The position numbers were made by a program, and so were the translations under genes. A stretch of DNA of 64,000 bases from Myxococcota bacterium (lineage in GTDB: Bacteria > Myxococcota_A > UBA796 > UBA2385). Below are positions 1 to 20,553 of the stretch, in pieces (the stretch's first letter is position 1; every line of letters starts with the position of its first letter). The notes under the pieces are model-generated. The model searched no databases and was not told the origin of the DNA. It saw only the letters and a list, made by a program, of their open reading frames with translations. The DNA lies in NCBI GenBank assembly GCA_044344255.1, contig JBIJDH010000014.1:128001-192000 (forward strand). The letters are read 5' to 3'.

Positions 1-134
1 AGCTGAAGCGGGTGCGCGCCGACCGGCGAGGGGCGATCGTGCGTCGCGCCCGCGATCGGCCGATTGATGGTGGAGAAGCGGTTCGTCTCGGTGGTGTCCC
101 AGGTCCAGACGTCGGGCGGTACGTACTCGCTCAT
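1..134 (-). CDS. yghU: Glutathione-dependent disulfide-bond oxidoreductase YghU (GST family), N-terminal part; runs off the window start
   Basis: Not in the ORF track. Manual translation from ATG at 134 gives MSEYVPPDVWTWDTTETNRFSTINRPIAGATHDRPSPVGAHPLQL, matching the YghU N-terminal pattern YxPxxVWTW...INRPxxGxTH...PVGxHPLQL. A GAGG lies a few nt upstream. Confidence 0.85.
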   Translation of the reverse strand, partial: MSEYVPPDVWTWDTTETNRFSTINRPIAGATHDRPSPVGAHPLQ

Positions 135-262
135 GGCTGCCTCTGCTGCGCAGGTTTCGGGTCCGTCGGGCCTCACCGGCACGGCGGACGTCTCGCGGTC
201 GACACGTAGCCGAAAAAGCGCGGCCGTCCGGGCGGCGCCGTCCGGGCGCGTGGACGGCGGCC

Positions 263-694
263 TCAGCGGCCGTCGAAGCGGAGCACCAGCACCCGCGCGG
301 CCTCCCCCTCGGCGACCCGCCCGTCCCCCTGCACCACACACGGCTCGCAGCCCGCCGCGCAGGCCTCGAAGGGGACGCTCGCGTAGGGCGCCTCGTCGCT
401 CAGCCGGCCGGCCGCCCCGCCGATGGCCGAGACGCGGTCCTCGTCGTCGCCCGAGAAGGCCGAGACGCGGATCTCCAGCTCCCCCTCCAGCGGGAGCCCG
501 GTCACGGCGACCCGCCCGGCCCCCAGGGCCTCCTCATGCACCGTGACCCCGGTGACGCAGACCCGCACGGCGTCTTCGTCGCTGAGCCCGGCGCCGGTGA
601 CGTCGAGCTGGAGGTCAGCCGTCCGCCAGTCGTCGGCGCAGGCCGCCCCCAGGAGGAGCGGCAAGGCCAGGGCCCTCCGCCAGCGCGCGCTCAA
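263..694 (-). CDS. Hypothetical lipoprotein
   Basis: Within ORF 263..886. An in-frame TTG at 694 gives a signal peptide and lipobox (RWRRALALPLLLGAAC) and avoids overlap with the upstream gene. The start is uncertain. Confidence 0.6.
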   Translation of the reverse strand: MSARWRRALALPLLLGAACADDWRTADLQLDVTGAGLSDEDAVRVCVTGVTVHEEALGAGRVAVTGLPLEGELEIRVSAFSGDDEDRVSAIGGAAGRLSDEAPYASVPFEACAAGCEPCVVQGDGRVAEGEAARVLVLRFDGR

Positions 695-704
695 GCTTCG
701 CGGC

Positions 705-1360
705 TCAATCGTCGATGATGGGGTCAGCGTCGAGGAGGATCCACTGGCCGCTGTTGCCCTGCGCGAGGAAGCGGCTCGTGCCCCAGTCTGCGGCCCACCA
801 CCAGTCGGCGGCGAAGAGCGGGCCGGAGTTCGGGTCCCCGTCGCCGTCGTCGACCTTGATGTGCACACACTCCCAGACGTCCTCATCGGTGTCGGTCACC
901 CAGAGGTTGGGGCAGTCCTCCTGGCCCACGTAGGTGGTGGAGAAGGTGCTGCCGCCCGTCTCGGTCTCGATGACGTCGTCCACCGTCATGGTGGCCTCGG
1001 CCACGATCACCGGGGGATCGTAGGTGGTGGTGGTGCCGGTGAGCTGGTCGGTCATGCTGTGGACGAGCACGCCGTCGGAGCTGTCGCTCGACCAGACGAT
1101 GCTGGTGAGGAGCTGCACCGAGGGCTTGCTGAGCGCATAGTCGAGGGTGACGAGCTCGCGGTCCCCGTCCTTCTGGGTGACGGGGTTCTTGTCCACCGTC
1201 ATCTGCTTGCCTTCGGCGTCCCCGTCGAGGGCGTACTCCCAGTGGGGCTCGCCGTAGAGGGGGAAGTAGTCCGACAGCTTCTGACCTTCGTAGGTGTAGC
1301 CGCCGCCCTTGCAGGCCGAGCCGAGCAGGAGGGCCGCCAGGGCAAGAGCGGGGAGAGTGC

Positions 1361-1376
<16 letters not shown>
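705..1376 (-). CDS. Hypothetical lipoprotein (223 aa)
   Basis: Lipobox LLLGSAC, GGAGA RBS at 1381-1385, acidic beta-rich mature region and strong GC3 bias. Confidence 0.75.
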
Positions 1377-12220
<10,844 letters not shown>

Positions 12221-12358
12221 GTGTTCTCCCAGGGCGAACGGCGCCGGCCGACCGCGGTGTGGGGTGCAGCGCAAGCGCCGTGCCGGGGTAGCGCGGGCGC
12301 TCGCCCAGGCGGCGATCCCGCCTCCGCGCGCACCCTCGACGAGCGGCGCCGGGCAGGC

Positions 12359-12394
12359 CCGATGAGCGGACCGATGCGCGAACCGATGCGCGCG
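12359..12394. repeat. 12-bp tandem repeat x3 (CCGATGMGCGNN) in the PKS/glpK divergent intergenic region
   Basis: ccgatgagcgga ccgatgcgcgaa ccgatgcgcgcg; the last copy overlaps the palindrome GATGCGCGCGCATC (12385-12398). Confidence 0.7.
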
Positions 12395-12534
12395 CATCCC
12401 CGCTCACCCGGCCCACCGGTGAGGGGCGACGGCCCCGCGCGCCCGGCCATCCCGGCCGAGGGCCGCCCGCCGATCCTCCGCGCCGCGCGGCGGCGCCCCG
12501 CCGAGCGTGCTAGGACCGGCTCCCGGAGGCTCCC

Positions 12535-14007
12535 ATGGGCAAGAAGCAGGCCGTCCTCGCCATCGATCAAGGCACCACCGGCACCACCGCGATGCTCCTC
12601 GACGGGGCCGTGCGCGTGCTGGCCATCCACAACGTCGAGTTCCCGAACCACTACCCGGCGCCCGGGCAGGTGGAGCACGACACCGACGAGATCTGGCAGA
12701 GCGTGGGCTCGGCCGTGGGCGCGGTGCTGAGCCGGGTGCCCGACGTCGAGATCGTAGCCATCGGCATCACCAACCAGCGGGAGACCAGCCTCTTCTGGGA
12801 GCGGGACACGGGCCGCCCCATCCACCGCGCCCTCGTCTGGCAGGACCGCCGCACCGCCGAGGCCTGCGCCGCGCTCAAGGCCCGCGGCCTGGAGCCGATG
12901 GTGAAGGCCCGCACCGGCCTCGTGCTCGACCCCTACTTCTCCGGCACCAAGGCCGGCTGGCTGCTCGACCACGTCCCGGGCGCCCGGGCCCGCGCCGAGG
13001 CCGGCGAGCTCCTCTTCGGCACCATCGACGCCTGGCTCACCTGGAAGCTCACGGGCGCCCACGTGACCGACCCCTCCAACGCCAGCCGCACCCTGCTCTT
13101 CAACCTGCACACCATGGGCTGGGACCCTGAGCTGCTCGCGCTCTTCGGCGTGCCCGCGGCCTGCCTGCCGCGGGTGGTCGACAACGCAGGCGTCATCGGC
13201 CACACGCGCGGCCTCGGCTTCCTCCCCGACGGCATCCCCGTCGCCGGCCTCGCGGGCGACCAGCAGTCGGCCCTCTTCGGCCAGGCCTGCTTCCGGCCGG
13301 GGGCGGCCAAGTGCACCTACGGCACGGGCGCCTTCGTGCTCCTCAACACCGGCGACCAGCCCGTGACGAGCGAGCGCGGCATGCTCACCACGGTGGCCTG
13401 GCGCATCGACGGGCGGGTCACCTACGCGCTCGAGGGCAGCGCCTTCATCGCCGGGGCGGCGGTGCAGTGGCTGCGGGACGGCCTCGGCATCATCACCACC
13501 GCCGCCGAGATCGAGGCCCTCGCCGCCAGCGTGCCCGACGCCGGTGGGGTCATCTTCGTGCCGGCCCTCACCGGCCTCGGGGCCCCCCACTGGCGGCCGG
13601 AGGCGCGCGGCGTCCTCTCCGGCCTCACCCGCGGCACCACCCGCGCCCACATCGCCCGGGCCACCCTCGACGGCGTGGCGATGCAGATCGGCGACATGCT
13701 GGGCGCGATGGTGGAGGAGGCCGGCACCCCCCTCGCCGAGCTCAAGGTCGACGGCGGCGCCGCGAAGAACGACCTCCTGATGCAGCTCCAGGCCGACATC
13801 CTCGGCGTCACCTGCGCGCGCCCGACGGTGCTCGAGACCACCGCCCTCGGCGCGGCCTTCCTCGCCGGCCTCGGCGTCGGCCTCTGGAGCTCGACCGAGG
13901 CGATCTCGGCGGCTTGGGTGGTCGACCGCCGCTTCGAACCCCAAATGCCCGCCGAGGACGTGGCGGCTCGTAAGGCGGCCTGGTCGGCGGCGGTGGCGAA
14001 GGCCTGA
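12535..14007 (+). CDS. glpK: Glycerol kinase
   Basis: [46 protein letters not shown] and VDGGA motifs; 490 aa; GGAGG RBS. Confidence 0.95.
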   Translation: MGKKQAVLAIDQGTTGTTAMLLDGAVRVLAIHNVEFPNHYPAPGQVEHDTDEIWQSVGSAVGAVLSRVPDVEIVAIGITNQRETSLFWERDTGRPIHRALVWQDRRTAEACAALKARGLEPMVKARTGLVLDPYFSGTKAGWLLDHVPGARARAEAGELLFGTIDAWLTWKLTGAHVTDPSNASRTLLFNLHTMGWDPELLALFGVPAACLPRVVDNAGVIGHTRGLGFLPDGIPVAGLAGDQQSALFGQACFRPGAAKCTYGTGAFVLLNTGDQPVTSERGMLTTVAWRIDGRVTYALEGSAFIAGAAVQWLRDGLGIITTAAEIEALAASVPDAGGVIFVPALTGLGAPHWRPEARGVLSGLTRGTTRAHIARATLDGVAMQIGDMLGAMVEEAGTPLAELKVDGGAAKNDLLMQLQADILGVTCARPTVLETTALGAAFLAGLGVGLWSSTEAISAAWVVDRRFEPQMPAEDVAARKAAWSAAVAKA

Positions 14008-14035
14008 GCGACCGGCGGCCGGGCGGGCCTCCGCC

Positions 14036-14866
14036 TCAGAGCCCCGCCAGCCGCTCCGAGGCCTCCCAGAGGCTGCGCGCAGCCTTGTCATCACGCGCCT
14101 GCGGCCAGGGCGCCTTCACGCGGCGGCTGGAGAAGTACTCCCCGCTCACCAGGGCGAGCTCCGGCGCGCAGCAGAGGTGGAGCTGGGTGGCCGCGCCCTC
14201 CTCGGCGGAGAGGAGCGCGGGCCCGACGAGCGCGGTCAGGCGGGCGAAGGCGCCCGTGTCTTGCACCGCGAAGCCGCTGCGGATCGCCCCCGGGTGGAGG
14301 CTGTTCGCCGTGACGCCGCTGCCGCGCAGCCGCGCCGCCAGCTCGCGGGTGAAGAGGATGTTCATCAGCTTCGAGTCTGCATACGCGAGGAAGCCGACGT
14401 AACGGCGCCGTTGCCATTGCAGGTCATCGAGCACCACCCGGCCGAGGCGGTGGGCCCCCGAGGCGACGTTGACGATGCGGGCGCCCCCGCTCTCCCGCAG
14501 CCGGTCGAGGAGCAGGCGGGTGAGCAGGTAGGGCCCGAGGTGGTTGGCGCCGAAGCTGAGCTCGAGGCCGTCTGCCGTCTCGCGCCGCTCGGCCTGGTAG
14601 GCGCCGGCGTTGTTGAGCAGCACGTGGAGCGCGGGGTGGCGGGCGAGGAAGGCCAGGGCGAAGCGGCGGACATCGGCGAGGGAGGAGAGGTCGCAGCGCA
14701 TGAGCTCGGCCGAGCCCGCCCGCTGCACCTCCGAGAGGGCCTCCTGGCCGCGACCGAGGTCTCGGCACACCATCACGACGTGGGCCCCCCGCTCGGCGAG
14801 GACGCGGGAGGAGACCCGCCCGATGCCCGAATTCGCCCCCGTCACGAGCACGACGCGGCCCGACAT
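14036..14866 (-). CDS. SDR family oxidoreductase (retinol dehydrogenase/protochlorophyllide reductase-like)
   Basis: TGANSGIG, NNAG, YADSK (YxxxK) and HPG motifs. Start at 14866 has a GGGAGAGG RBS; 14887 is an alternative. Confidence 0.9.
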   Translation of the reverse strand: MSGRVVLVTGANSGIGRVSSRVLAERGAHVVMVCRDLGRGQEALSEVQRAGSAELMRCDLSSLADVRRFALAFLARHPALHVLLNNAGAYQAERRETADGLELSFGANHLGPYLLTRLLLDRLRESGGARIVNVASGAHRLGRVVLDDLQWQRRRYVGFLAYADSKLMNILFTRELAARLRGSGVTANSLHPGAIRSGFAVQDTGAFARLTALVGPALLSAEEGAATQLHLCCAPELALVSGEYFSSRRVKAPWPQARDDKAARSLWEASERLAGL

Positions 14867-14970
14867 CGGCCCTCTCCCGCTGGACATCCGGCACCCCCTC
14901 CGAGAATTCCACGACGCGGTCGGGCTATCCCGGGTGGGTGCCGCCCGTCCGCCCGATTAGGCCGCCCCGC

Positions 14971-16128
14971 ATGAGCCGCCCCCTCTTCCCATCGCCCGAC
15001 ATCCGCCAGCACGCCGCCACCGAGGCGCTGCTGTTGAGCCTGCCCGATCTCCCCGCCGGTGACGACGTCTTCGTCGCCGATGACGACGACGGCGGCGTCG
15101 AAGCCGGCCTCGTCGAGCGCGGTCACGCGGTCCGGAGCTGGAACCGCGTCACCGTCGGCCCCCGCATCGGCAAGCCCTGGCCCGCCGAGGGGGTCTGCCA
15201 GCAGGCCACCCTCCGCTTCCAGCGCGACCGGGACGCCTTCGAGGTCGCCCTCCACGCCACGGCCGCGCGCCTCGCCCCCGGCGGGCGGCTCTTCGTCTAC
15301 GGCGCGAACGACGAGGGCGTGAAGTCGGCCGACACCCGCATCGGCGCGCTCTTCTCCGACCTCGAGACGCTGAGCACCATGCGGCACTGCCGCGTGTGGA
15401 TGGCCGTGCGGCCGGCCGAGATCCCGGGCCTCAAGCCCACCCTCGCCGACTGGAAGACGCGGGAGCCCGTGGAGATGCCCTGGGGCCCCGTGCCCTGGAC
15501 CCGCTACCCGGGCCTCTTCGCCAAGGGCGGGCTCGACGCCGGCACCGCGCTGCTGCTCCACGCGCTGCCCAAGGTGGCCGACGGGGCGCAGGTGCTCGAC
15601 TTCGCGTGCGGCACGGGCGTCATCAGCGCCGCCGTGCTCAAGGGCACCCCCTCGGCGCGGGTGCAGATGATCGACTCCGACGCCCTCGCCATCGCCGCCG
15701 CCCGCGAGAACGCCGTCGGCGCGATGGCCCTCACCGGCGACGGCCCCGGCGCCCTCCCGGCCTGGCAGCGCTACCACCACATCTTCAGCAACCCGCCCCT
15801 GCACCGAGGCAAGGACCGCACCCGCAGCGTGCTCGAGGCCCTGGTGCGGGCCGCCCCGCCCCGGCTGCTCGAGGGGGGCGACCTCTGGCTGGTGGTGCAG
15901 CGCCACGAGCCGGTCGAGCCGCTGCTCCGCCAGTGCTTCCTCACCGTCGACTGCCCCTCCCAGGACGGTCATTACGCCGTCTGGCGCGCCGCAGATCCCT
16001 TCTCCTGGGCCGTCAAGGGCGAGGACACCGCGCCGGTGCACCGCGAGAAGCGGCGCCCCCGCATCAAGGGCGCCACCGAGGCCGTCCCCGAGGTCGCCCC
16101 GCTGGACCGGCGGCGACGCCGCGGATAA
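14971..16128 (+). CDS. rsmC: Class I SAM methyltransferase, RsmC/MTS-like (probable 16S rRNA m2G1207 methyltransferase)
   Basis: G-x-N-x-x-GVKS in the N-domain, PGLFAKGGLDAGT, VLDFACGTG and SNPPLH motifs. Confidence 0.75.
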   Translation: MSRPLFPSPDIRQHAATEALLLSLPDLPAGDDVFVADDDDGGVEAGLVERGHAVRSWNRVTVGPRIGKPWPAEGVCQQATLRFQRDRDAFEVALHATAARLAPGGRLFVYGANDEGVKSADTRIGALFSDLETLSTMRHCRVWMAVRPAEIPGLKPTLADWKTREPVEMPWGPVPWTRYPGLFAKGGLDAGTALLLHALPKVADGAQVLDFACGTGVISAAVLKGTPSARVQMIDSDALAIAAARENAVGAMALTGDGPGALPAWQRYHHIFSNPPLHRGKDRTRSVLEALVRAAPPRLLEGGDLWLVVQRHEPVEPLLRQCFLTVDCPSQDGHYAVWRAADPFSWAVKGEDTAPVHREKRRPRIKGATEAVPEVAPLDRRRRRG

Positions 16129-16154
16129 TCGCCGGGGTCTCTCCAGGAGCTCCC

Positions 16155-17507
16155 ATGGCCGACCATCCCGCCCGCACCCGCCTCCTCCTCCTCCTCGGCG
16201 CCCTCGGCGCCCTCAGCCTGACGGGCGCCTGCGGCGGAGACAAGGGCAAGGAGGGGGTCAAGAAGTCCGACAAGGAGGGGAAGGCCACCAAGGTCGAGGC
16301 CAGCAAGGTCGAGGCCCCCGCCGAGGTCGCTTACGTCCCCGTCCAGGAGGCCCTGGACGGGCCCGCCGAGCCGGCGATCGTGCTCAGCCAGGCCTGGTTC
16401 ATGACCGGCGCCAACGGCAAGCCCAAGCCCGGCCCCGCCCGCCTGCAGATCTGGCGCCAGGGCGCGGCCGGCTGGAAGGCCACCCGCCTCGAAGACGGCG
16501 ACTCCAACGTCTTCCACAAGGCCCTCTTCCACGACGGCGGCATCCTGACCATCGCCGGCGAGAAGGCCATCCTCAAGAAGTGGCAGTTCGCGGACGGCGC
16601 CTGGAAGCAGGACAAGCTCTGGGAGAAGTCCTGGGGCGGTAAGTTCAACCGGCTGCGGGACCTCGAGATCGGCGACGTCGACGGCGACGGCAAGGACGAG
16701 TGGGTGATGGCCACCCACGACGGCGGCGTGATCGCGGTCTACAACCCGCCCGACGCCCCGGGCGGCGCCCCCGAGGTCATCGAGCTCGACGCGAAGAAGG
16801 ACACCTTCGTCCACGAGATCGAGATCGGCGACATCGACGGCGACGGCAAGAAGGAGTTCTTCGCCACCCCGTCCGACCGCAACTCCTCGAGCGCCTCCCA
16901 GCCCGGCTTCGTCGTGATGTACCGCTGGGACGGCACCACCTACAAGCGCACGGTCGTCGACGGCGAAGAGGGCAACACCCACGCCAAGGAGGTGCTGGTC
17001 AACGACCTCGACGGCGACGGCAAGGCCGAGTTCTTCAGCGTCCAGGAGGCGGAGATCGACTCCAACAAGGCCATCGTCAAGCCGGTCGAGATCCGCCAGT
17101 ACCACTTCGATGATGGCAAGTTCACGCACACCGTCGTGGGCACGATCGCCGACCGTCAGACCCGCTTCCTCGTCGCCGGAGACTTTGACGGTGACGGCAA
17201 GAAGGAGCTGGTGGCCGCCGCCATGAAGACGGGGCTCTACCACATCGTGTGGACCGCCGGCGCCAAGGGCCAGCCCTGGACCTGGGCCCAGACCAACTTC
17301 GACGCCAACTCCGGCGGCTTCGAGCACACCACCGCCCCCTTCGACATGGACGGGGACGGCAAGCCCGAGCTCTACGTGGCCGCCGACGACCAACGCGAGC
17401 TCAAGAAGTACGTCTGGAACGCCGAGAAGAAGAACTTCGACAAGGAGCTGCTCGGCAAGCTCGAGGCCCAGACCTTCACCTGGAACATCGACGCCGGGAA
17501 GCTCTGA
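16155..17507 (+). CDS. FG-GAP/VCBS-repeat (beta-propeller) lipoprotein
   Basis: AGGAG RBS, lipobox LTGAC and five DxDGDGK.E motifs. The ORF-track start at 15396 is a spurious extension overlapping rsmC. Confidence 0.85.
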   Translation: MADHPARTRLLLLLGALGALSLTGACGGDKGKEGVKKSDKEGKATKVEASKVEAPAEVAYVPVQEALDGPAEPAIVLSQAWFMTGANGKPKPGPARLQIWRQGAAGWKATRLEDGDSNVFHKALFHDGGILTIAGEKAILKKWQFADGAWKQDKLWEKSWGGKFNRLRDLEIGDVDGDGKDEWVMATHDGGVIAVYNPPDAPGGAPEVIELDAKKDTFVHEIEIGDIDGDGKKEFFATPSDRNSSSASQPGFVVMYRWDGTTYKRTVVDGEEGNTHAKEVLVNDLDGDGKAEFFSVQEAEIDSNKAIVKPVEIRQYHFDDGKFTHTVVGTIADRQTRFLVAGDFDGDGKKELVAAAMKTGLYHIVWTAGAKGQPWTWAQTNFDANSGGFEHTTAPFDMDGDGKPELYVAADDQRELKKYVWNAEKKNFDKELLGKLEAQTFTWNIDAGKL

Positions 17508-17551
17508 GCGACGAGGTGCTCTGAGCGCCGAGGCGCTCTAGGCGCCGGGGA
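17501..17551 (+). repeat. 17-bp tandem repeat x3 containing the FG-GAP gene stop codon
   Basis: gctctgagcgacgaggt gctctgagcgccgaggc gctctaggcgccgggga. Confidence 0.75.
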
Positions 17552-17556
17552 GCGAC

Positions 17557-17593
17557 GGGGGCCGCCCTCCTCACCGAGAGGGGGGCGGGGCCC
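17557..17593. terminator. GC-rich hairpin between convergent genes (possible terminator, no U-tract)
   Basis: CCGCCCTCCTC-accga-GAGGGGGGCGG pairs with one G-U wobble. Confidence 0.4.
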
Positions 17594-17598
17594 ACGGA

Positions 17599-17651
17599 CC
17601 TACTTCTTGAGGCCTACTTCTTCAGGCCTACTTCTTCAGGCCTACTTCTTC
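17599..17651 (-). repeat. 14-bp tandem repeat (about 4 copies) containing the LysM gene stop codon
   Basis: + strand cctacttcttgagg cctacttcttcagg cctacttcttcagg cctacttcttc; the minus strand reads AAGAAGTAGGCCTG repeated. Confidence 0.85.
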
Positions 17652-18820
17652 TTCGCGTTCGACTCACGCGGGATCTTGAGCTTCATGCCCGGCTGAAGGC
17701 TCTTGGAGCCGTGCAGGGTGTCCGGGTTGGCCGACACGATGCCCTTCCACTTCGAAGAGTCGCCGTAGTACTTCTGCGCGATGCTGCCGAGGGTGTCGCC
17801 CGAGCGCACCGTGTGGGTGGCCTTCGCGGCCACGGCGACGGGCTTGGCTGCAGCCTTCGGCGCGGCCTTGGGGAGGCCGGGCTTGGCCGACGGGGCGGGC
17901 ACCGAGGCCTTCACGGGCGCCGCCACAGGCTTCGGCGCGACGACGGGGGCAGCGACGGGGGCAGAGGCCACGACCGGCGCCGAGGCCACGACCGGCGCGG
18001 CGGCCACGACCGGCGCGCCAGCCACGACCGGCGCAGCGGTCATCGTGGGCACGCCGGCGCTCCCGACGGTGGGGGCGCTCACGGGCACGGAGGTCATGGT
18101 GGGCGCCCCACCGGCGACGGGGGCGGCGGCAGGCTCACCGGCGACGGCGATCGCTCCGGGCTCGGCGACCACCGCCGGGGCGGCGGCGAGGGCCGGGGCG
18201 GCGGCGGGGGCCGGTGTGTCGCTGCTGGGGCCGCCGAAGAGCATCGCGGCCAGCAGGAGGGCCGAGGCGCAGCCTGCGACCAGGGCCGTGGCGCTGCTCC
18301 ACAGCTTGACGCGCCGGGTGAGCTCCTCGACCTGGAGCTCCATCGAGGCGTTCTCGCTGCGCAGGCGCTTGGCCTCGGCGCGGAGGTTGCGCACCTCGCT
18401 CTTGTCGCGGGTGGTGACCTGATTGCGCAGGTCTTCGCTCTCCGAGACCTGAGCCCGGAGGCGGCCCTCGACCTCGTCGCGGAGCCCCTCGGGAAGGATC
18501 GCGCCCTTGGCCAGGGCGGTGTCGAGGTTGGCGAGGGACTCCTGCCACTGGCCCCGCGCGGCGAGCACCTTCCCGAGGAGCAAGGCGGCGTCAGCGTCTG
18601 CGGGGTCGAGCACCAGCAGCATCCGCAGCCGCTCGGAGGCCGGGCTCAGCTTGCCCTCCCGCGCGAGGGCCAGCGCCTCATCGTAGAGGGTGGCGGCCGC
18701 GTTCACACCCTGCTCGTTCAGGGTGCGCGCGATCTGCTCGGCGGCGCCAGCGCCACCGGCGCCGCGGGGCAGCTCATCGAAGGACAGGGGGGAGGTCGCG
18801 GTGGCGGTGGCAGTGGACAT
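17642..18820 (-). CDS. Membrane protein with TPR, coiled coil, TM helix, Ala/Pro/Val linker and C-terminal LysM domain
   Basis: C-terminal HTVRSGDTLGSIAQKYYG...LQPGMKLKIP is a LysM; N-terminal TPR-like helices; APVVA linker repeats. Confidence 0.85.
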   Translation of the reverse strand: MSTATATATSPLSFDELPRGAGGAGAAEQIARTLNEQGVNAAATLYDEALALAREGKLSPASERLRMLLVLDPADADAALLLGKVLAARGQWQESLANLDTALAKGAILPEGLRDEVEGRLRAQVSESEDLRNQVTTRDKSEVRNLRAEAKRLRSENASMELQVEELTRRVKLWSSATALVAGCASALLLAAMLFGGPSSDTPAPAAAPALAAAPAVVAEPGAIAVAGEPAAAPVAGGAPTMTSVPVSAPTVGSAGVPTMTAAPVVAGAPVVAAAPVVASAPVVASAPVAAPVVAPKPVAAPVKASVPAPSAKPGLPKAAPKAAAKPVAVAAKATHTVRSGDTLGSIAQKYYGDSSKWKGIVSANPDTLHGSKSLQPGMKLKIPRESNAKKK

Positions 18821-18929
18821 GGGGGGGCGTCCGGGGAGGGCGGCGGGGGGCGGCGAGGACCACCGGCGGCCTGCAGGAGCAGGAGCCGCGGGAGCGGGGG
18901 CCCGAGAGGAGGAGAGCTCGGATCATGGT

Positions 18930-18960
18930 GAGATCAGATCTCTATGTCCTCTTGACATAG
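18930..18960. promoter_or_regulatory. Two adjacent perfect palindromes upstream of the LysM gene (candidate operators)
   Basis: GAGATC-A-GATCTC (18930-18942) and CTATGTC-N5-GACATAG (18942-18960) in a locally AT-richer patch. Confidence 0.45.
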
Positions 18961-19034
18961 CAAGAGCCAGCGCGCAAGTCCACCCCTCGCTCGGCCGCAC
19001 CCCAACTCCCCACGAAGGAGGCGGCCCGGCGCCG

Positions 19035-20339
19035 TCAGGGGGCGTGGATGGTGACCGTGCCCTTGTCGACCAGCACGGGCTCACCGCCGCCGCCGTCTCC
19101 ACCGTTGCCGGCCTCGCCGCCCTCGTCGCCGGAGAGGCCGATCACGAGGCCGGTCACCCCGCCTGCGACGGCCACGCCGGCCCCCGCCCAGAGGTACCAG
19201 GGCAGGCCGCCCCCCCGAGCGGCTGCGACCGGCTCATCCGCAGCGGGTCGGAGGAGGAGGTCGGTCAACACGCGGTTGGTCGAGCGATCGAGGGGCACGG
19301 TGCGAGGCGAGATCCGATCGGAGCGCAGCTTCCCCTGATCGCTCACATACGCGAGCAGCGAAGGCACGAGGTCGAGCAGGGCCCCCTCGGGATCGGAGCC
19401 GGCCTCAGCCGAGACCTCCTTGGAGAAATTCCCGGTCCGGGGCTCGTAGAGCTGGACCACCACCTTGCCGTCCCCAGACTCGCCGGCGAGCATCACGAGG
19501 TCGGTGTTGGCGTAGGTGCCGAGCGACTTGTAGAGAGCCGCGGTCTGCTCGCTCCGCTCGTCGGCGGTGGAGGCGGGCGCCCCGAGGCTGCGGCCGCTGA
19601 GCGCGGCGGTCCAGGTGAGGCGCTGACCGGGATCGAGGCTGAGGGTGGCGAAGTCTCGGCGCCCATCGGCGGCGACCACGAGCACATGGTGGACGCCCGG
19701 GAGCAAGGAGGCGACCTCGGCGAGGTTCTCGATGCCATCGACATACTGGCTGCCCTCCCCCACGATGGTGAGGCGGGCCTTGGGCTGGGCCTGCACGGCG
19801 GCGCGCACTTCGGCGAAGAGGCTCACCACGCCAGGCGCGTAGTTGACCCGATCGAGCTCGCGGGTGGGGTCGAGCAGGACCACCTTGCCGAAGGCCGCCC
19901 GGGCGCCATCCTCATCCCCATTGCCGACGAGGGCGAGCCCGAGGAGGAGCAGGGAGTCGATGAGGTCGCGGTTGTTGGGGGTGCCGAGCAGCCCATCCTC
20001 GAGGCTCTGGACCGCCGCGTTGAGCGAGGCCACCGAGCCTTCGAAGTCAGCCCGCTCGTAGAGGATGCGCCCCTCTTCGAGCTTCTGGCGGCCCACGCGC
20101 AGGAAGGTGTCTTCGACGACCAGGTCTTGTCGGCCGGAGAGGCGCTCACTCACCTCGGCCGAGGACAGGGCGACGAGCTTGCCCCCACCGCTCACGGCCG
20201 CCGCCAGGGCCTCGGCGGTGCCCCGGGCGGCGTCACCGTCCTGGTTGGCCACGTGGGCGCCCACCACGACCACCTCGGGCTTTCGGGCCGCGAAGGCGCC
20301 CGTCGGGACCAGCAGAAGCAGCAGCGCGAGCCTCCCCAT
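19035..20339 (-). CDS. Exported hypothetical protein (TPR-like helices, PEGA-like region, C-terminal TM segment)
   Basis: Signal peptide MGRLALLLLLVPTGAFA from ATG 20339 with GGGAGAG upstream; C-terminal PWYLWAGAGVAVAGGVTGLVI. Confidence 0.7.
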   Translation of the reverse strand: MGRLALLLLLVPTGAFAARKPEVVVVGAHVANQDGDAARGTAEALAAAVSGGGKLVALSSAEVSERLSGRQDLVVEDTFLRVGRQKLEEGRILYERADFEGSVASLNAAVQSLEDGLLGTPNNRDLIDSLLLLGLALVGNGDEDGARAAFGKVVLLDPTRELDRVNYAPGVVSLFAEVRAAVQAQPKARLTIVGEGSQYVDGIENLAEVASLLPGVHHVLVVAADGRRDFATLSLDPGQRLTWTAALSGRSLGAPASTADERSEQTAALYKSLGTYANTDLVMLAGESGDGKVVVQLYEPRTGNFSKEVSAEAGSDPEGALLDLVPSLLAYVSDQGKLRSDRISPRTVPLDRSTNRVLTDLLLRPAADEPVAAARGGGLPWYLWAGAGVAVAGGVTGLVIGLSGDEGGEAGNGGDGGGGEPVLVDKGTVTIHAP

Positions 20340-20553
20340 ACACACTCTCCCTGATCGGCCTGCGCCCCGGAGGCGCGACCAAGTCGCAATGAACACGCCC
20401 CCATTCTGCCACGGGTGGGCCCCGCTGGGGGCGCCTGCGGCAGACCTACACGGGGGCGCCGCCGACCGGCCCCCGGCCCGAGAACCCATTAACCGAGCGC
20501 CCCCGTCCTCCCTCGCGCCCGTCCTCCCTCGCCGCCGCCCTCCGGGAGCGCAG

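Noticed and set aside
12221..12397. 59-codon N-terminal extension of the PKS in the ORF track
   Set aside because: Arg/Ala-rich non-domain sequence; ATG 12220 has a good RBS and begins the ACP.
14036..14866. SDR as a PKS tailoring enzyme
   Set aside because: It is separated from the PKS by glpK and belongs to a widespread stand-alone SDR subfamily; nothing links it to the PKS.
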